60,854 nucleotides of DNA. Origin: Deltaproteobacteria bacterium (GTDB lineage: Bacteria > Desulfobacterota > B13-G15 > RBG-16-54-18). A program made the translations under genes and the position numbers. The notes below the pieces were generated by a model. The model was not told where the DNA came from. It did not search any database and saw only the letters and a program-made list of their open reading frames with translations. The stretch is taken from assembly GCA_019308925.1 (NCBI GenBank), contig JAFDHG010000014.1:1-60854 (forward strand), read 5' to 3'. Positions 9,590 to 19,517 of the stretch are shown here, piece after piece; within the stretch, counting starts at the first letter, position 1; the number at the start of each line of letters is the position of its first letter.

Positions 9590-11950
9590 CTAACGTTCTA
9601 CCTCTTCATAGGTATATGCCTCGATGACATCCCCTTCTTGCCAGTCATTATATCCCTCCACACCTATGCCACACTCATAGCCGTCCTGTACCTCTTTTAC
9701 ATCATCCTTAAAACGCTTCAGTGAGGTGACATGCCCTTCATGAACCACCTCTCCACCCCTGAGGAGCCTTACCGTTGCACCCCTGACCAATTTCCCCTCG
9801 GTCACATAACTGCCGGCCACCACCCCAACCTTGGAAACGCGAAAGAGCTCCCTCACCTCCGCCCTGCCAAGGATGACCTCCTTCCTTACCGGCCCGAGCA
9901 ACCCTTTAATGGCTCTCTCGACATCCTTGGTGACCTCATAGATGATATTATATATCTTTATATCTACCTTTTCCCTCTCTGCTAGGCTCCTCACCTTGCC
10001 AAGGGGCAGCACGTTAAATCCGATGACAACGGCATCAGAGGCAGCGGCCAGGTTTACATCCGTCTCCGAGACCCCCCCTACTCCTTGATGGATGACATCA
10101 ACCTTTACCTCCTCGGTGCTCAACTTCTCCAGGGCCTCACGGATGGCCTGAATGGAACCATGGGTGTCTCCCTTGAGGACCACCCTTAACTCCTTCATCT
10201 CCCCTTGCTGAACCTTCTCATAGAGATCCTCCAGGGACAACTTCTCCGGTCTCACCTCCCCCTGGTCCCTTAACCTCTTTTGGCGAAGAAGACTGACCTC
10301 TTTGGCCACCTTTTCGCTCTCCACACAGATAAGGTCATCCCCTGCATCGGGTATCCCGGTGAAGCCGACCACCTCTACTGGTGTGGCCGGTCCTGCTTCT
10401 CGCAATTTCCTCCCCCTCTCATCCAACATGACCCTCATCCTGCCATAGGTAGCCCCTGAAACAAATACATCGCCAACCTTAAGGGTTCCCTCTTGGACTA
10501 TCACGGTCCCCACCGGACCTCGCCCCCTATCCAGTCTGGTCTCGATAACCACACCCCTGGCGGGTTTGTCGGGGTTGGCCTTGAGGTCCAACATCTCCGC
10601 CTGCAAGAGGATCAACTCCAACAAATCATCTATCCTAATCTTCTTCTTGGCGGATACCTCAGCGAAAAGAGTTCGCCCTCCCCATTCCTCGGGGACAAGG
10701 CCCAATTCGGGCAGATCTCGCTTAACCTTGTCTGGGTCTGCCTCAGGTTTGTCTATTTTATTTATGGCCACGATAATCGGTACCTGAGCGGCCTTGGCGT
10801 GATCAATGGCCTCAATGGTTTGGGGCATCACCCCATCGTCGGCCGCCACAACAAGCACTACGATATCCGTTACCTGGGCCCCCCTGGCCCTCATAGCGGT
10901 AAAGGCTTCATGTCCTGGGGTATCGATAAAGACTATAGTCCCCTTATCAAGCTCCACCTTATAGGCCCCTATATGTTGGGTGATGCCTCCAGCCTCCTCA
11001 TCTACCAGACGGGACTCCCTGATGACATCGAGCAAAAGGGTCTTCCCATGGTCCACATGCCCCATAATGGTAACCACAGGGGGACGGGGAAGGAGTTTCT
11101 CGGGAGGATCTTCAATCCTCTGCAGGATCTCATCCACATCAATGGCGGCGCTCTCCACATCATAGCCATATTCACTGGCCACCAAGGAGGCGGTATCCAC
11201 ATCGATGGTCTGATTGGCGTTGGCCATTATCCCCAGGTCCACCAATTTCTTGATCACCTCTCCCACCCTAGCCCCCATTCTTTGGGCCAATTCTCCCACA
11301 GAGATCACCTCAGAGATCTTGATCACTTTCTTAATAGGTTTGGGGGTGGTGATTTGGGGCTTTAGGTAAGGACGGGTGGCCACCTTCTTCTTGGCAGGTC
11401 TGGGCACGGTAAAGACCCTCTCCCCCCTTCGCGTCCTGGAGACCTCCTCGGTCTCTTCTTCTTCGATGGTGATAACCTCTCTCCTCTTTCTGGGCCTCTT
11501 TTTGGGTCTCTCCTCAAGCTCCTTTTTCTCCCTTCTGCCTACCTTCTTCTCTTTCTCGCCCTTTACCTCCTCGATCAATACCTCTGTGGTCACCTCTTCT
11601 ATGATTTTAGGGGCCCTCTCATCGCGGGCAGCCTCCGCCGTTTCGGGGGGTATCAGATCCACCTTCCCTATCACCCTAGCAGCCCTCACCTTTCCTTTGG
11701 GTATCCTGGCGACCCTGGGCTCTTTCTTTTCAGCCGCCTTCTTGGGTTTAGAGACTTCCTCCTTTTCTTTGATTTGGGGGGCAGAGGGCTCTGGAGCCGC
11801 TTCAGGGACGGCTGCCGCTACTTCCTTTTTTGCCTCCTCGACCTCCTTCTCCTCCAGGGCCGGCTCCGCCTCCAATACCCTTTTGCGCCTGCGGATGACG
11901 GTAGACTTGATCCTTTGTTCTATGATCTCTACCTTCCTTTCTTCCTCCAT
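9590..11950 (-). CDS. infB: Translation initiation factor IF-2
   Basis: [43 protein letters not shown]. Confidence 0.98.
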   Translation of the reverse strand: MEEERKVEIIEQRIKSTVIRRRKRVLEAEPALEEKEVEEAKKEVAAAVPEAAPEPSAPQIKEKEEVSKPKKAAEKKEPRVARIPKGKVRAARVIGKVDLIPPETAEAARDERAPKIIEEVTTEVLIEEVKGEKEKKVGRREKKELEERPKKRPRKRREVITIEEEETEEVSRTRRGERVFTVPRPAKKKVATRPYLKPQITTPKPIKKVIKISEVISVGELAQRMGARVGEVIKKLVDLGIMANANQTIDVDTASLVASEYGYDVESAAIDVDEILQRIEDPPEKLLPRPPVVTIMGHVDHGKTLLLDVIRESRLVDEEAGGITQHIGAYKVELDKGTIVFIDTPGHEAFTAMRARGAQVTDIVVLVVAADDGVMPQTIEAIDHAKAAQVPIIVAINKIDKPEADPDKVKRDLPELGLVPEEWGGRTLFAEVSAKKKIRIDDLLELILLQAEMLDLKANPDKPARGVVIETRLDRGRGPVGTVIVQEGTLKVGDVFVSGATYGRMRVMLDERGRKLREAGPATPVEVVGFTGIPDAGDDLICVESEKVAKEVSLLRQKRLRDQGEVRPEKLSLEDLYEKVQQGEMKELRVVLKGDTHGSIQAIREALEKLSTEEVKVDVIHQGVGGVSETDVNLAAASDAVVIGFNVLPLGKVRSLAEREKVDIKIYNIIYEVTKDVERAIKGLLGPVRKEVILGRAEVRELFRVSKVGVVAGSYVTEGKLVRGATVRLLRGGEVVHEGHVTSLKRFKDDVKEVQDGYECGIGVEGYNDWQEGDVIEAYTYEEVER

Positions 11951-11954
11951 AAAC

Positions 11955-12236
11955 TTATTCCTCCCCCTCTCTTTCTCTCAAAAGCCCCCTTAAAAAGCCC
12001 TCTTCTGCTCCATAGGGCAAGGAGACCCGTAGGGTATAGGACAATCTCCCCTTCTTCCTGAGGAGAGAGCTAATACATCCTTCCTGTGGGCAAAGATACG
12101 CCGCCCTACCGGGGAGTTTTCCGCTTTCATCCACCACCAGGCCCCCGTCCTTGATCACAATCCTCACCACTTCCCCCTTTTCCCTTTTCTGACCACACCC
12201 CAGACAGGTCCTGATGGGAACATGTTTGGTCCTCAT
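11955..12236 (-). CDS. YlxR/RnpM (DUF448) family RNA-binding protein
   Basis: [15 protein letters not shown]; lies between nusA and infB. Confidence 0.88.
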   Translation of the reverse strand: MRTKHVPIRTCLGCGQKREKGEVVRIVIKDGGLVVDESGKLPGRAAYLCPQEGCISSLLRKKGRLSYTLRVSLPYGAEEGFLRGLLREREGEE

Positions 12237-13702
12237 TCTCCTCGATCTATATAGTCTTTGGCTGCTTGAATCAAGTTCTCCGCCTTCTTACGACTAAAAC
12301 CGGGGATCTTAGAAAGATCTCCAGCATCAGCCTGAAAAATATCCCTCACACATGCATGCCCTTCCTCCTGCAGGAGGGAACTGGTCTTATCCCCCACCCC
12401 AGGCAATCTCTCCACAGGATCGTCTCCCCGCCTGACCCGCTCCAATCTCTCCTCTTCTGAAACGGAGGTGGTACCAACCAAGGCCCTGGCAGCCTCCACA
12501 ATCTTTCCTCCCTTCTTATCGCCGATGCCGCAGATCCTCCCCAATTCCTCACCATCCACCTCGGCCACATCCTCGATGGTGTAAAATCCCTCATCGTAGA
12601 GGACCCTGGCGATGATCTCCCCTACCCCCTGTATGGCCCTGAGACGTTCAACCACCTCTTCGGAGAGTTTCTCCATCTTCGATTCACTCTTTATGTCGAT
12701 CTTCCACCCCGTAAGCTTAGACGCCAGGCGGACATTTTGCCCCCGCTTGCCGATGGCCAAGGATAGTTGATCGTCCGCCACTACGATCTCCATATATCTT
12801 TCATCATCATTGATGTAGACCTTGGATACCTTGGCAGGAGATAGGGCGTTACATACAAACTTTGCTGGATCATTGCTCCAGGGGATGATGTCTATCTTCT
12901 CTCCCCTCAATTCCTGCACCACACTCTGCACCCTGGAACCCTTCATACCCACACATGCCCCGACGGGATCCACATCGGGGTCATTGCTGTAAACGGCTAT
13001 CTTGGACCTCTCTCCAGGTTCCCTCGCCACACTCACAATCTGCGCTATCCCCTCGGAGATCTCAGGGACCTCTAATTCAAAGAACTTGGTCAAAAGGCCA
13101 GGGTGGGTTCTGGATAGATAAATTTGACAACCAATAGGAGTTTTTTGAACATCAAAGATATAGGCCCGGATACGGTCTCCCCTCTTATATACCTCGCGTG
13201 GGACTTGTTCCCTCTGAGGCAAAATGGCCTCTGTTCTACCTATGTTCGCAAAGATGTTGCCTCGTTCAATCCTTTGGACGAAACCCGTGACCACCTCACC
13301 CTTGCGGTCCTTATACTCATTATAGATGGTCTCTCCCTCCGCATCCCTGACCCTTTGAATGACGACCTGTTTGGCAGTCTGAGCTGCTATCCTACCCAAG
13401 TCATCGATGCTCAGTTTGATCCCCAAGCTGTCCCTGATCTCCACCTCAGGGTCCATCTCTCTGGCCTCCTCCATGGAGATCTCCAGATCAGGGTCTTGTA
13501 CTTCTTCCACCACAGTCTTAAACTGAAATACCTCGATCTCTCCCAATTCCTCGTTATAATGGACCTCGATATCCTTATGGGGACCGTATCTCTTGTTCGA
13601 GGCCTTCAGCAGGGCATCTTCCAGGGCCTCAATAATCACCTTCTTATCTATCCCTTTATCCCTTTCAACCTGTTCGATGAAATAATTTAAGTTTTGAGCC
13701 AT
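12233..13702 (-). CDS. nusA: Transcription factor NusA with C-terminal HhH repeats
   Basis: GRIAAQTAKQV, AREPGERSKIAV, GACVGMKGSRV, AIGKRGQNVRLA. Start MAQNL at 13702 preferred to 13717. Confidence 0.97.
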   Translation of the reverse strand: MAQNLNYFIEQVERDKGIDKKVIIEALEDALLKASNKRYGPHKDIEVHYNEELGEIEVFQFKTVVEEVQDPDLEISMEEAREMDPEVEIRDSLGIKLSIDDLGRIAAQTAKQVVIQRVRDAEGETIYNEYKDRKGEVVTGFVQRIERGNIFANIGRTEAILPQREQVPREVYKRGDRIRAYIFDVQKTPIGCQIYLSRTHPGLLTKFFELEVPEISEGIAQIVSVAREPGERSKIAVYSNDPDVDPVGACVGMKGSRVQSVVQELRGEKIDIIPWSNDPAKFVCNALSPAKVSKVYINDDERYMEIVVADDQLSLAIGKRGQNVRLASKLTGWKIDIKSESKMEKLSEEVVERLRAIQGVGEIIARVLYDEGFYTIEDVAEVDGEELGRICGIGDKKGGKIVEAARALVGTTSVSEEERLERVRRGDDPVERLPGVGDKTSSLLQEEGHACVRDIFQADAGDLSKIPGFSRKKAENLIQAAKDYIDRGE

Positions 13703-13713
13703 CTCAACGCCCC

Positions 13714-14193
13714 TCACAATCGACTCATCTCTATCTCAAGGTTAGCCTTAATGATGGAAGAGAGAGGTATCATAAAGACCTCCCTCCCTTCCACCTTCAC
13801 CATGACCTTTCCCTCGGCGCAGCCGAGTAAATCCCCTTTGAAGTTCCTCCTGCCTGAGACATAGTCTCTGGTCTTTATCCGCACCTTTTTCCCGGAGTAT
13901 TTGATAAAGTCCTCTTCTTTCTTCAGGGGCCTGTCGAGCCCAGGGGATGAGACCTCCAGGGAATAAGAGGTGGGTATTATATCCTCCACATCTAAAAGCT
14001 GCCCCAACTCCTTGTTCACCTGGACACAGTCATCCACCGTCACCCCCCCCTCCTTATCTATGTAGACCCTGAGGACCCAGCCTCCCCGTTCCCATTTGTA
14101 TTCGATGTCCACCAAAGAGAGCCCTTCAGACTCAAGGAGGGGCTGAAGCATACCCTCGACCCTTTTCAACATCGCCTTTTCGTCCACAACCAA
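13714..14193 (-). CDS. rimP: Ribosome maturation factor RimP
   Basis: LRVYIDKEGGVTVDDC, YSLEVSSPGLDRPL. Confidence 0.96.
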   Translation of the reverse strand: MVVDEKAMLKRVEGMLQPLLESEGLSLVDIEYKWERGGWVLRVYIDKEGGVTVDDCVQVNKELGQLLDVEDIIPTSYSLEVSSPGLDRPLKKEEDFIKYSGKKVRIKTRDYVSGRRNFKGDLLGCAEGKVMVKVEGREVFMIPLSSIIKANLEIEMSRL

Positions 14194-14209
14194 TTATTGA
14201 GACCTTAAC

Positions 14210-14238
14210 AAAAAAGCGGGTTAGAATACCCGCTTTTT
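14210..14238 (-). promoter_or_regulatory. rimP-leader terminator-like hairpin
   Basis: Minus strand AAAAAGCGGG-TATTCTAA-CCCGCTTTTTT just upstream of rimP, where such leader hairpins are commonly found. Confidence 0.65.
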
Positions 14239-14306
14239 AAAGCAGGATTAATTTAGATACTATTTAACACATTTAATCTTAAAAAGCAAGGATTTTTTTG
14301 CCCTGC

Positions 14307-14510
14307 TTAGGGAAGGATGAGGTGAAACTCCGTCTCCCCCCTTTCGGTCTTGTCCCCTACCGAGCAACCGCAACGGGCACATAGATATTCGTATTTTTCC
14401 CCGTCGGGCAGGACAAGGAGGAGCCTTTTACGCACAGGGGTCGCCATCTTGCAACGGGGGCAAAAGAGAGATGTCGCCTCAAAGTTCTTGTACTCCGCCT
14501 CACGTGCCAT
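14307..14510 (-). CDS. Small zinc-ribbon protein (two CxxC pairs)
   Basis: CPRC...CARC; 67 aa; sigma70-like TTGACT upstream on the minus strand. Confidence 0.72.
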   Translation of the reverse strand: MAREAEYKNFEATSLFCPRCKMATPVRKRLLLVLPDGEKYEYLCARCGCSVGDKTERGETEFHLILP

Positions 14511-14574
14511 TTGTTATAAAATAAACCCCAAAATACCTTTAGTCAAGACTGGGAGAGCTTTGAATCATTTGTTG

Positions 14575-14671
14575 GTTTCAATCCCTTAATAGGTAGGCTA
14601 TGAAAAAAGTGTCACTTTTGCTGACAAATTTTGTCATTGGTGTTTCAATCCCTCATAGGTAGGCTATGAAC
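14575..14671 (-). CRISPR. Orphan CRISPR mini-array: 2 repeats, 1 spacer
   Basis: Repeat 14642-14671 reads GTTCATAGCCTACCTATGAGGGATTGAAAC on the minus strand (30 bp, ATTGAAAC 3' end typical of type I-B/III repeats). Degenerate copy at 14575-14605; 36-bp spacer 14606-14641. No cas genes in the window. Confidence 0.75.
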
Positions 14672-14711
14672 CAATTTTAGCATTTGAAAAATAACAAAGC
14701 GGAACCCGTTG

Positions 14712-15410
14712 TCAGGATATTTTTGTGATATGGTCCAAGATATTGGTAGCATTGGCTCGGCAAATCTCTTCAAGTCGCATGAACTCGGAGTTGGGTTCTC
14801 TCGCCAAGTATTCCTTAAGTTGTTCAATTAGTTTTTGAGTAAATCTTGCCTCATATTCTCTGTTAGGTAACTTTTCACCGGCCAGGCGACTGGAGCCCTG
14901 CACATCGTAGGCCCCGCCCTTGATGTTGCAACAACCGGCAGCAACCAGGAGTCTGCCCAGGGTGGTGGCCGCAGGGGGAATATTCAACGAACTCACCCCG
15001 AGACAACGGCGGGTTATCTCGTGCAGGGGGCTTTCAAACCCCCAGGCAATATCGGTAATGTAGGAAACGATGATCAAGCCCCCTGGCGTGATGACACTGC
15101 CTAGCACTTGAAACAGATCTTCAGCCAGATCGTCTTGCTCGCTGAGGACCACGGATGCGCCGTCCTCAAAGGTCAGTCGGTCGAGGTAGTGGATATCGAG
15201 CCATCCGTGGATATTGTGCGCCGGGTTCCCCTTGCTGTAGATCCCGGTGATAATGGGATCGCGGCTGCCCTTGCCCTTTTTGTTTGTAAAGAAGAGATCA
15301 AGGTCAAAGTGGCCGACCTTGCGTTTGGGCCTGCACTGAACCTGGAGGGTGAAAGGGCCCAGATGGTGATCCTGCAGGCCTTCGAGTTTCGGTACCTTTA
15401 CCATTGTCAT
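14712..15410 (-). CDS. DUF1122-like protein
   Basis: Recalled similarity: PGG.IIVSY, PPAATTLGRLLVAAG, RLAGEK resemble DUF1122 (aq_328-like) proteins; not verified by HMM. Confidence 0.6.
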   Translation of the reverse strand: MTMVKVPKLEGLQDHHLGPFTLQVQCRPKRKVGHFDLDLFFTNKKGKGSRDPIITGIYSKGNPAHNIHGWLDIHYLDRLTFEDGASVVLSEQDDLAEDLFQVLGSVITPGGLIIVSYITDIAWGFESPLHEITRRCLGVSSLNIPPAATTLGRLLVAAGCCNIKGGAYDVQGSSRLAGEKLPNREYEARFTQKLIEQLKEYLAREPNSEFMRLEEICRANATNILDHITKIS

Positions 15411-15441
15411 TTTTCCCTCTCCCCCAGGGGAGAGGGAAAAA
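15410..15441. repeat. Perfect 15-bp-arm hairpin (CCCTCTCCCC..GGGGAGAGGG, REP-like)
   Basis: TTTTTCCCTCTCCCC-CA-GGGGAGAGGGAAAAA, abutting the start codon of the 14712-15410 gene. Confidence 0.8.
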
Positions 15442-15508
15442 ACTGGAGTCCCTGTAGCAAGTAAAAGAATGATTCGGAAAGCGCCTCCGTGAGGGCTTGG
15501 ATGATCAC

Positions 15509-16618
15509 TTACTCTGGATCGCCTTCACCCCCATCCAGCCTTTCCCAATAGCTCTTTAACCCTCGACCATGACTCATGAGCCTTCCCTCCCTCTTCAGGT
15601 CGTTCAGGACTTTTCTAATGGTGGCCTGGGGGACATCCGGACACGACTCCCTTAGCAGGGAGATGGTGAACTGTGGGGGCATCTCCTCCATTACCTTTTT
15701 CTTTACCCCGTAGTAACTACCTCCCTGAAAAGAAGGTTGAGTGCTATATGCCGCCACTGCCTCCCTGACCACAGCAGGAGGCACATCCTTCTCGTGTGAC
15801 TGAATGGCCGAGAAGAACCTCAAAGTCCATTCCCTGGCAAGCTTGCGGCTGCCAGCAAAGACGATATTGAGCTTGGGATGGAGGGCAAATAGCTCGGCAA
15901 TGGCCTTGGCCACAAATGTAGAGCGGTAGAACTTCACCCTCGCCGAGCTGAGGAAATCAGAGTAGTTTGCCTCAATTACCAAGGCCGCATACCTATAGAC
16001 CTCAAGCTCGCCAAGCTGTTGGTGCAACACGGACATTGTCCCGAACTCCGCCAACAAATTCTCCAATGTTTTCCTTTCAACAATGGCCAAAGGCCCTTCT
16101 GCCCCCATCACGCCATAGTCTCCCACCGGCAATTTCTCCCTGGTGACCTTACACCCACTGAATTTCCAGGGGTATTTCTCATTGACATCGATGGCCACAT
16201 GGAGGAAGGAGGTGCCTTGGGCCGTCAGTTTTACCCTGGGCCTGCGCTCCTTGAGGGCCTGTTGGGTTCGCCAGAATATCTGCTCGTACTCTCCCTCTTT
16301 GGTCTTATATCTCTTTTTAAGAAAAAGGAATTCGCACCTCTTGTTCCTCCCTCTATCGAGGACGACCGCCAATCTCTTGCCATAACGCTTGAGTGCGACC
16401 ACCGGGACCCGTTCTACTTCGGCCACAGGGGGTGACCATACTCTGCCTTCCTCCCTCTTGCAGAATATATTCCCCTTGCCTCCAGGCCAGCGGTCTTGAA
16501 CCCTGAGACAGAGGAGCACTTCCTCTCCCCTTTTTATGCTGAGACGGTAAGGGAACCTTTCGCCCCCCGTGGATTCAAGAATCCATATTATCTCGCCCAT
16601 CTCCCCCATTTTCACCAA
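15509..16618 (-). CDS. ERCC4/XPF-family nuclease domain protein with C-terminal HTH-like segment
   Basis: LPVGDY..., IVERKT, LVIEA (ERCC4 motifs); N-term VLDRGRNKRCEF/IFW region like bacterial ERCC4-domain proteins; C-term TIRKVLNDLKREG. Start could be ATG 16609 or 16600. Confidence 0.82.
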   Translation of the reverse strand: MVKMGEMGEIIWILESTGGERFPYRLSIKRGEEVLLCLRVQDRWPGGKGNIFCKREEGRVWSPPVAEVERVPVVALKRYGKRLAVVLDRGRNKRCEFLFLKKRYKTKEGEYEQIFWRTQQALKERRPRVKLTAQGTSFLHVAIDVNEKYPWKFSGCKVTREKLPVGDYGVMGAEGPLAIVERKTLENLLAEFGTMSVLHQQLGELEVYRYAALVIEANYSDFLSSARVKFYRSTFVAKAIAELFALHPKLNIVFAGSRKLAREWTLRFFSAIQSHEKDVPPAVVREAVAAYSTQPSFQGGSYYGVKKKVMEEMPPQFTISLLRESCPDVPQATIRKVLNDLKREGRLMSHGRGLKSYWERLDGGEGDPE

Positions 16619-16685
16619 TTATGTCCTATTGTCAACCTTTTTAAGGACTGGACAGCCAGGGAAAGGTAGTGTATTTTGAAGACAT

Positions 16686-16762
16686 CGGGATGTGGCTCAG
16701 CCTGGTAGAGCACCGCGTTCGGGACGCGGGGGTCGCTGGTTCGAATCCAGTCATCCCGACCA
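16686..16762 (+). tRNA. tRNA-Pro (anticodon CGG)
   Basis: CGGGATG acceptor stem, anticodon arm CCGCG-TTCGGGA-CGCGG, GGTTCGAATCC T-loop, encoded CCA; 77 nt. Confidence 0.97.
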
Positions 16763-16789
16763 TCTTTTTGACCTCATAGAGGGGGTACA

Positions 16790-17383
16790 ATGGTCATCAA
16801 TATCCTCCTCGTCCTCTTTGCCTACCTCCTGGGTTCCATCCCCACGGGGCTCCTCCTCTCCAGGGTCTTTGCCGGGGTAGACCCAAGGCAGAGGGGGAGT
16901 CGCAACATCGGTGCCACCAACGTCCTGCGCACGGCCGGCAGGGTCCTCGGGGTGCTTACATTGCTCGGTGATTGCCTCAAGGGCTTGATCCCGGTCGTTG
17001 TGGCCCTGTGGCTCGGCAGGGAAAATCCATGGGTCGCTGCCGTGGCCTTGGGGGCCCTCTTGGGACATCTGTTTCCCATCTATCTAAGATTCAGGGGGGG
17101 AAAGGGGGTGGCCACGGCGTTGGGTCTCTACCTACCCTTGGTACCCCTAGCAATCTTTCTTAACCTCTTTGTCTTTGCTGGGGGGGTAATAATAAGTAAG
17201 AGGGTCTCTGTGGGGTCGCTCTCGGCTGCTGCGGCCATGCCCCTGCTGATCTGGCTGCTGGGATATCCCGGGTCTTATCTGATCTTGAGCCTTATCGTGG
17301 GGGGGTTGATCTTCTATCGACACAAAGAAAACATAAAAAGGCTGCTGCGGGGGCAGGAGAACAGGATATGGGGGAGATCATAG
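16790..17383 (+). CDS. plsY: Glycerol-3-phosphate acyltransferase PlsY
   Basis: YLLGSIP, GSRNIGATNVLR, GHLFPIYLRFRGGKGVAT, HKENIKRL. Confidence 0.96.
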   Translation: MVINILLVLFAYLLGSIPTGLLLSRVFAGVDPRQRGSRNIGATNVLRTAGRVLGVLTLLGDCLKGLIPVVVALWLGRENPWVAAVALGALLGHLFPIYLRFRGGKGVATALGLYLPLVPLAIFLNLFVFAGGVIISKRVSVGSLSAAAAMPLLIWLLGYPGSYLILSLIVGGLIFYRHKENIKRLLRGQENRIWGRS

Positions 17384-17890
17384 CTTCTCCCATATCGATT
17401 TCTTCTTCCTTTCCTTTTTGGACAACCGCCTGGCAGGGCCCTTCTTGACATATCCAGTTGATTCCTCCTCATCGGGCTCTAACCCCTTCAAACCAAAGTA
17501 GAGGGCCTCCTCCATCTTTTTCTCGAAGTCGCTTGAGGAAATAGAGGGCACCCCTAACCTCTCGGCATAACTCCTTATTTCCCTGTCAGAGGTCACCACA
17601 GCTGCCTGCCTCAACTCCCCCAACTTTCTCTTTATCCACTCGTCAGCGGTCTCCCCCCTTTTGGTGAAGATCACCTTCATACCCCTCTGGCTGATGTCTT
17701 TGCTGGCCAGATGGGGGCTGCCCCACCCGTCAAAGACCACCGTTATCCTGTGGCCCCTAACCTTCTTATATGCCGCCAGCCTATCCAGCAGGGCCTCTCT
17801 CCCCCTCTCCAGGGCCACAGCCTCGAACTGGCTCAGATAGGGGGATTGTCTGATCAGGTTATAGCCATCTATCAACAGCTCCAGGGACAT
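17378..17890 (-). CDS. NYN-domain protein (YacP/Rae1-like)
   Basis: LLIDGYNL, VVFDG, TADEWI, VVTSDREI. Confidence 0.9.
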   Translation of the reverse strand: MSLELLIDGYNLIRQSPYLSQFEAVALERGREALLDRLAAYKKVRGHRITVVFDGWGSPHLASKDISQRGMKVIFTKRGETADEWIKRKLGELRQAAVVTSDREIRSYAERLGVPSISSSDFEKKMEEALYFGLKGLEPDEEESTGYVKKGPARRLSKKERKKKSIWEKL

Positions 17891-17893
17891 CTT

Positions 17894-18112
17894 AAACCCT
17901 TATTAGGGTTTGCCCTCACCCCGCCAATGTAAAATACAGGATTCAAGGATTCTAGGATCCGAGGGGTCTAGGATTTTAGCAAAGGGAAAACAGCTTGAAT
18001 CCTTGAACCCTAGAACCCTTTCCTTTTGAAGGGTTTCAGGGGGTGAAACCCCCTGAAGTGGGGTTCAAAAACTCCTAAGGGCCAAAAAACTTCCGGGCTC
18101 ATTTTACCGTGA
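17894..18112 (+). repeat. Composite intergenic repeat element, copy B
   Basis: AAACCCT-TATT-AGGGTTT; AAAATAC; 8-bp units GGATTCAA GGATTCTA GGATCCGA GGGGTCTA then inverted TTGAATCC TTGAACCC TAGAACCC; hairpin TTCAGGGGG-TGAAA-CCCCCTGAA (18035-18057); TTTACCGTGAA. Confidence 0.82.
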
Positions 18113-18134
18113 ATGAGTTTCATGGTAAATGGGA

Positions 18135-19052
18135 TCAAAGATAGAAGATCCAACCCCTATATCTCTCCAGTTCACCCCGTGCGGCCCCGAAAAAGGCGGA
18201 CTGGATCTCCTTAGTGAAAGGTCCTGGTCTTCCCAGACCGACGACTCGGTCGTCTATCTCACGGACAGGGGTGACCTCGGCCGCTGTGCCAGTAAAAAAG
18301 ACCTCATCGGCTGTATAGAGCTCATCCCTAGTAAACTTCTGCTCTATCAACTCAAAATCCTTATCCTTGATGATGGTGATGACCGAATCTCTGGTGATCC
18401 CGGATAGGATGGAGGTGAGGGGCGGGGTCTTGATCCGCCCGTCCTTCACCATGAATATGTTCTCTCCGGTGGCCTCGGACACATATCCTTCAGTATCCAG
18501 CATCAAGGCCTCGTCATAGCCCATTCGCACCGCCTCCCGCTTGGCAAACACAGAGTTTACATAGTTGCCACAGATCTTGGCCTTGGTCATCATTACATTC
18601 ACATGGTGGCGGGTATAGGAAGAGGTCTTGACCCTCGTCCCCCTCTTTAGAGCCTCCTCCCCTAGATAGGCCCCCCACTTCCAGGTCACAATCGCTACCC
18701 TAATAGGATTATCCTGGGGGTGGACCCCCATAGCCCCATCTCCGATGAAGACGATGGGTCTTATGTACCCTTCCTTGAGGCCGTTGACACGCAGGGTCTC
18801 CTTACAGGCCTCCATGATCTCCTCGCGGGCAAAGGGGATCTCTACCTCTGCGATCAGGGCCGAGTCAAAGAGCCGATCGATATGCTCCTTTAAGCGGAAG
18901 ACACCGGAGTGGCCGTCGTGACACAGGTAACAGCGAATCCCCTCAAAGACCCCCAAACCGTAATGGAGGGTGTGGGTGAGGACATGTATCTTTGCTTCTT
19001 CCCAGCGGATAAACTCTCCATCAATCCATATCTTATCCACCTTCTCCATCAT
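18135..19052 (-). CDS. ilvE: Branched-chain amino acid aminotransferase
   Basis: [40 protein letters not shown]. Confidence 0.96.
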   Translation of the reverse strand: MMEKVDKIWIDGEFIRWEEAKIHVLTHTLHYGLGVFEGIRCYLCHDGHSGVFRLKEHIDRLFDSALIAEVEIPFAREEIMEACKETLRVNGLKEGYIRPIVFIGDGAMGVHPQDNPIRVAIVTWKWGAYLGEEALKRGTRVKTSSYTRHHVNVMMTKAKICGNYVNSVFAKREAVRMGYDEALMLDTEGYVSEATGENIFMVKDGRIKTPPLTSILSGITRDSVITIIKDKDFELIEQKFTRDELYTADEVFFTGTAAEVTPVREIDDRVVGLGRPGPFTKEIQSAFFGAARGELERYRGWIFYL

Positions 19053-19488
19053 GCTCCCTTCCTCTCCTTATAAACAGGTTACCCCTCCTTTCGGTCTTGT
19101 TGATCCTGTCCAAGATGCCGTTTATAAACGCCCCCGATTCCTCCGAGCCAAACTTCTTGCCCAGATCAATGGCCTCGTTCAAGGCCACCTTGGTGGGGAT
19201 GTCGCCACAGTACATGAGTTCAAAGATCCCCATCCGCAAGATGTTCTTGTCCACCTGGCCAATCCTCTCCAATCTCCAATGCGCTGAGTACCTTTCGATC
19301 AATCTGTCAATCTCCTCTCTGTGTCGGTGGACCCCCTCAACGATCCTGGACGCAAACCCTTTCACCTCCTCCGATGTGGGAAAGTCCCTCCAAAATAACT
19401 CCAGGACCTCGGGGGTATCAAGGGGGTTGACCTCCATCTGATAAAGTATCTGTAAAGCGATCTCCCTGGATCTGCGCCTCTTCCCCAA
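19033..19488 (-). CDS. nusB: Transcription antitermination factor NusB
   Basis: [39 protein letters not shown] start at 19488 after GAGGTGGG. Confidence 0.95.
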   Translation of the reverse strand: MGKRRRSREIALQILYQMEVNPLDTPEVLELFWRDFPTSEEVKGFASRIVEGVHRHREEIDRLIERYSAHWRLERIGQVDKNILRMGIFELMYCGDIPTKVALNEAIDLGKKFGSEESGAFINGILDRINKTERRGNLFIRRGREHDGEGG

Positions 19489-19517
19489 CTTAAAGCCCAC
19501 CTCAGGCTGGGCAGGCC

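Noticed and set aside
16686-16762. tRNA-Pro as an integration site for the adjacent islet
   Set aside because: The accessory genes lie on the 5' side and I found no duplicated tRNA 3' end in the window.
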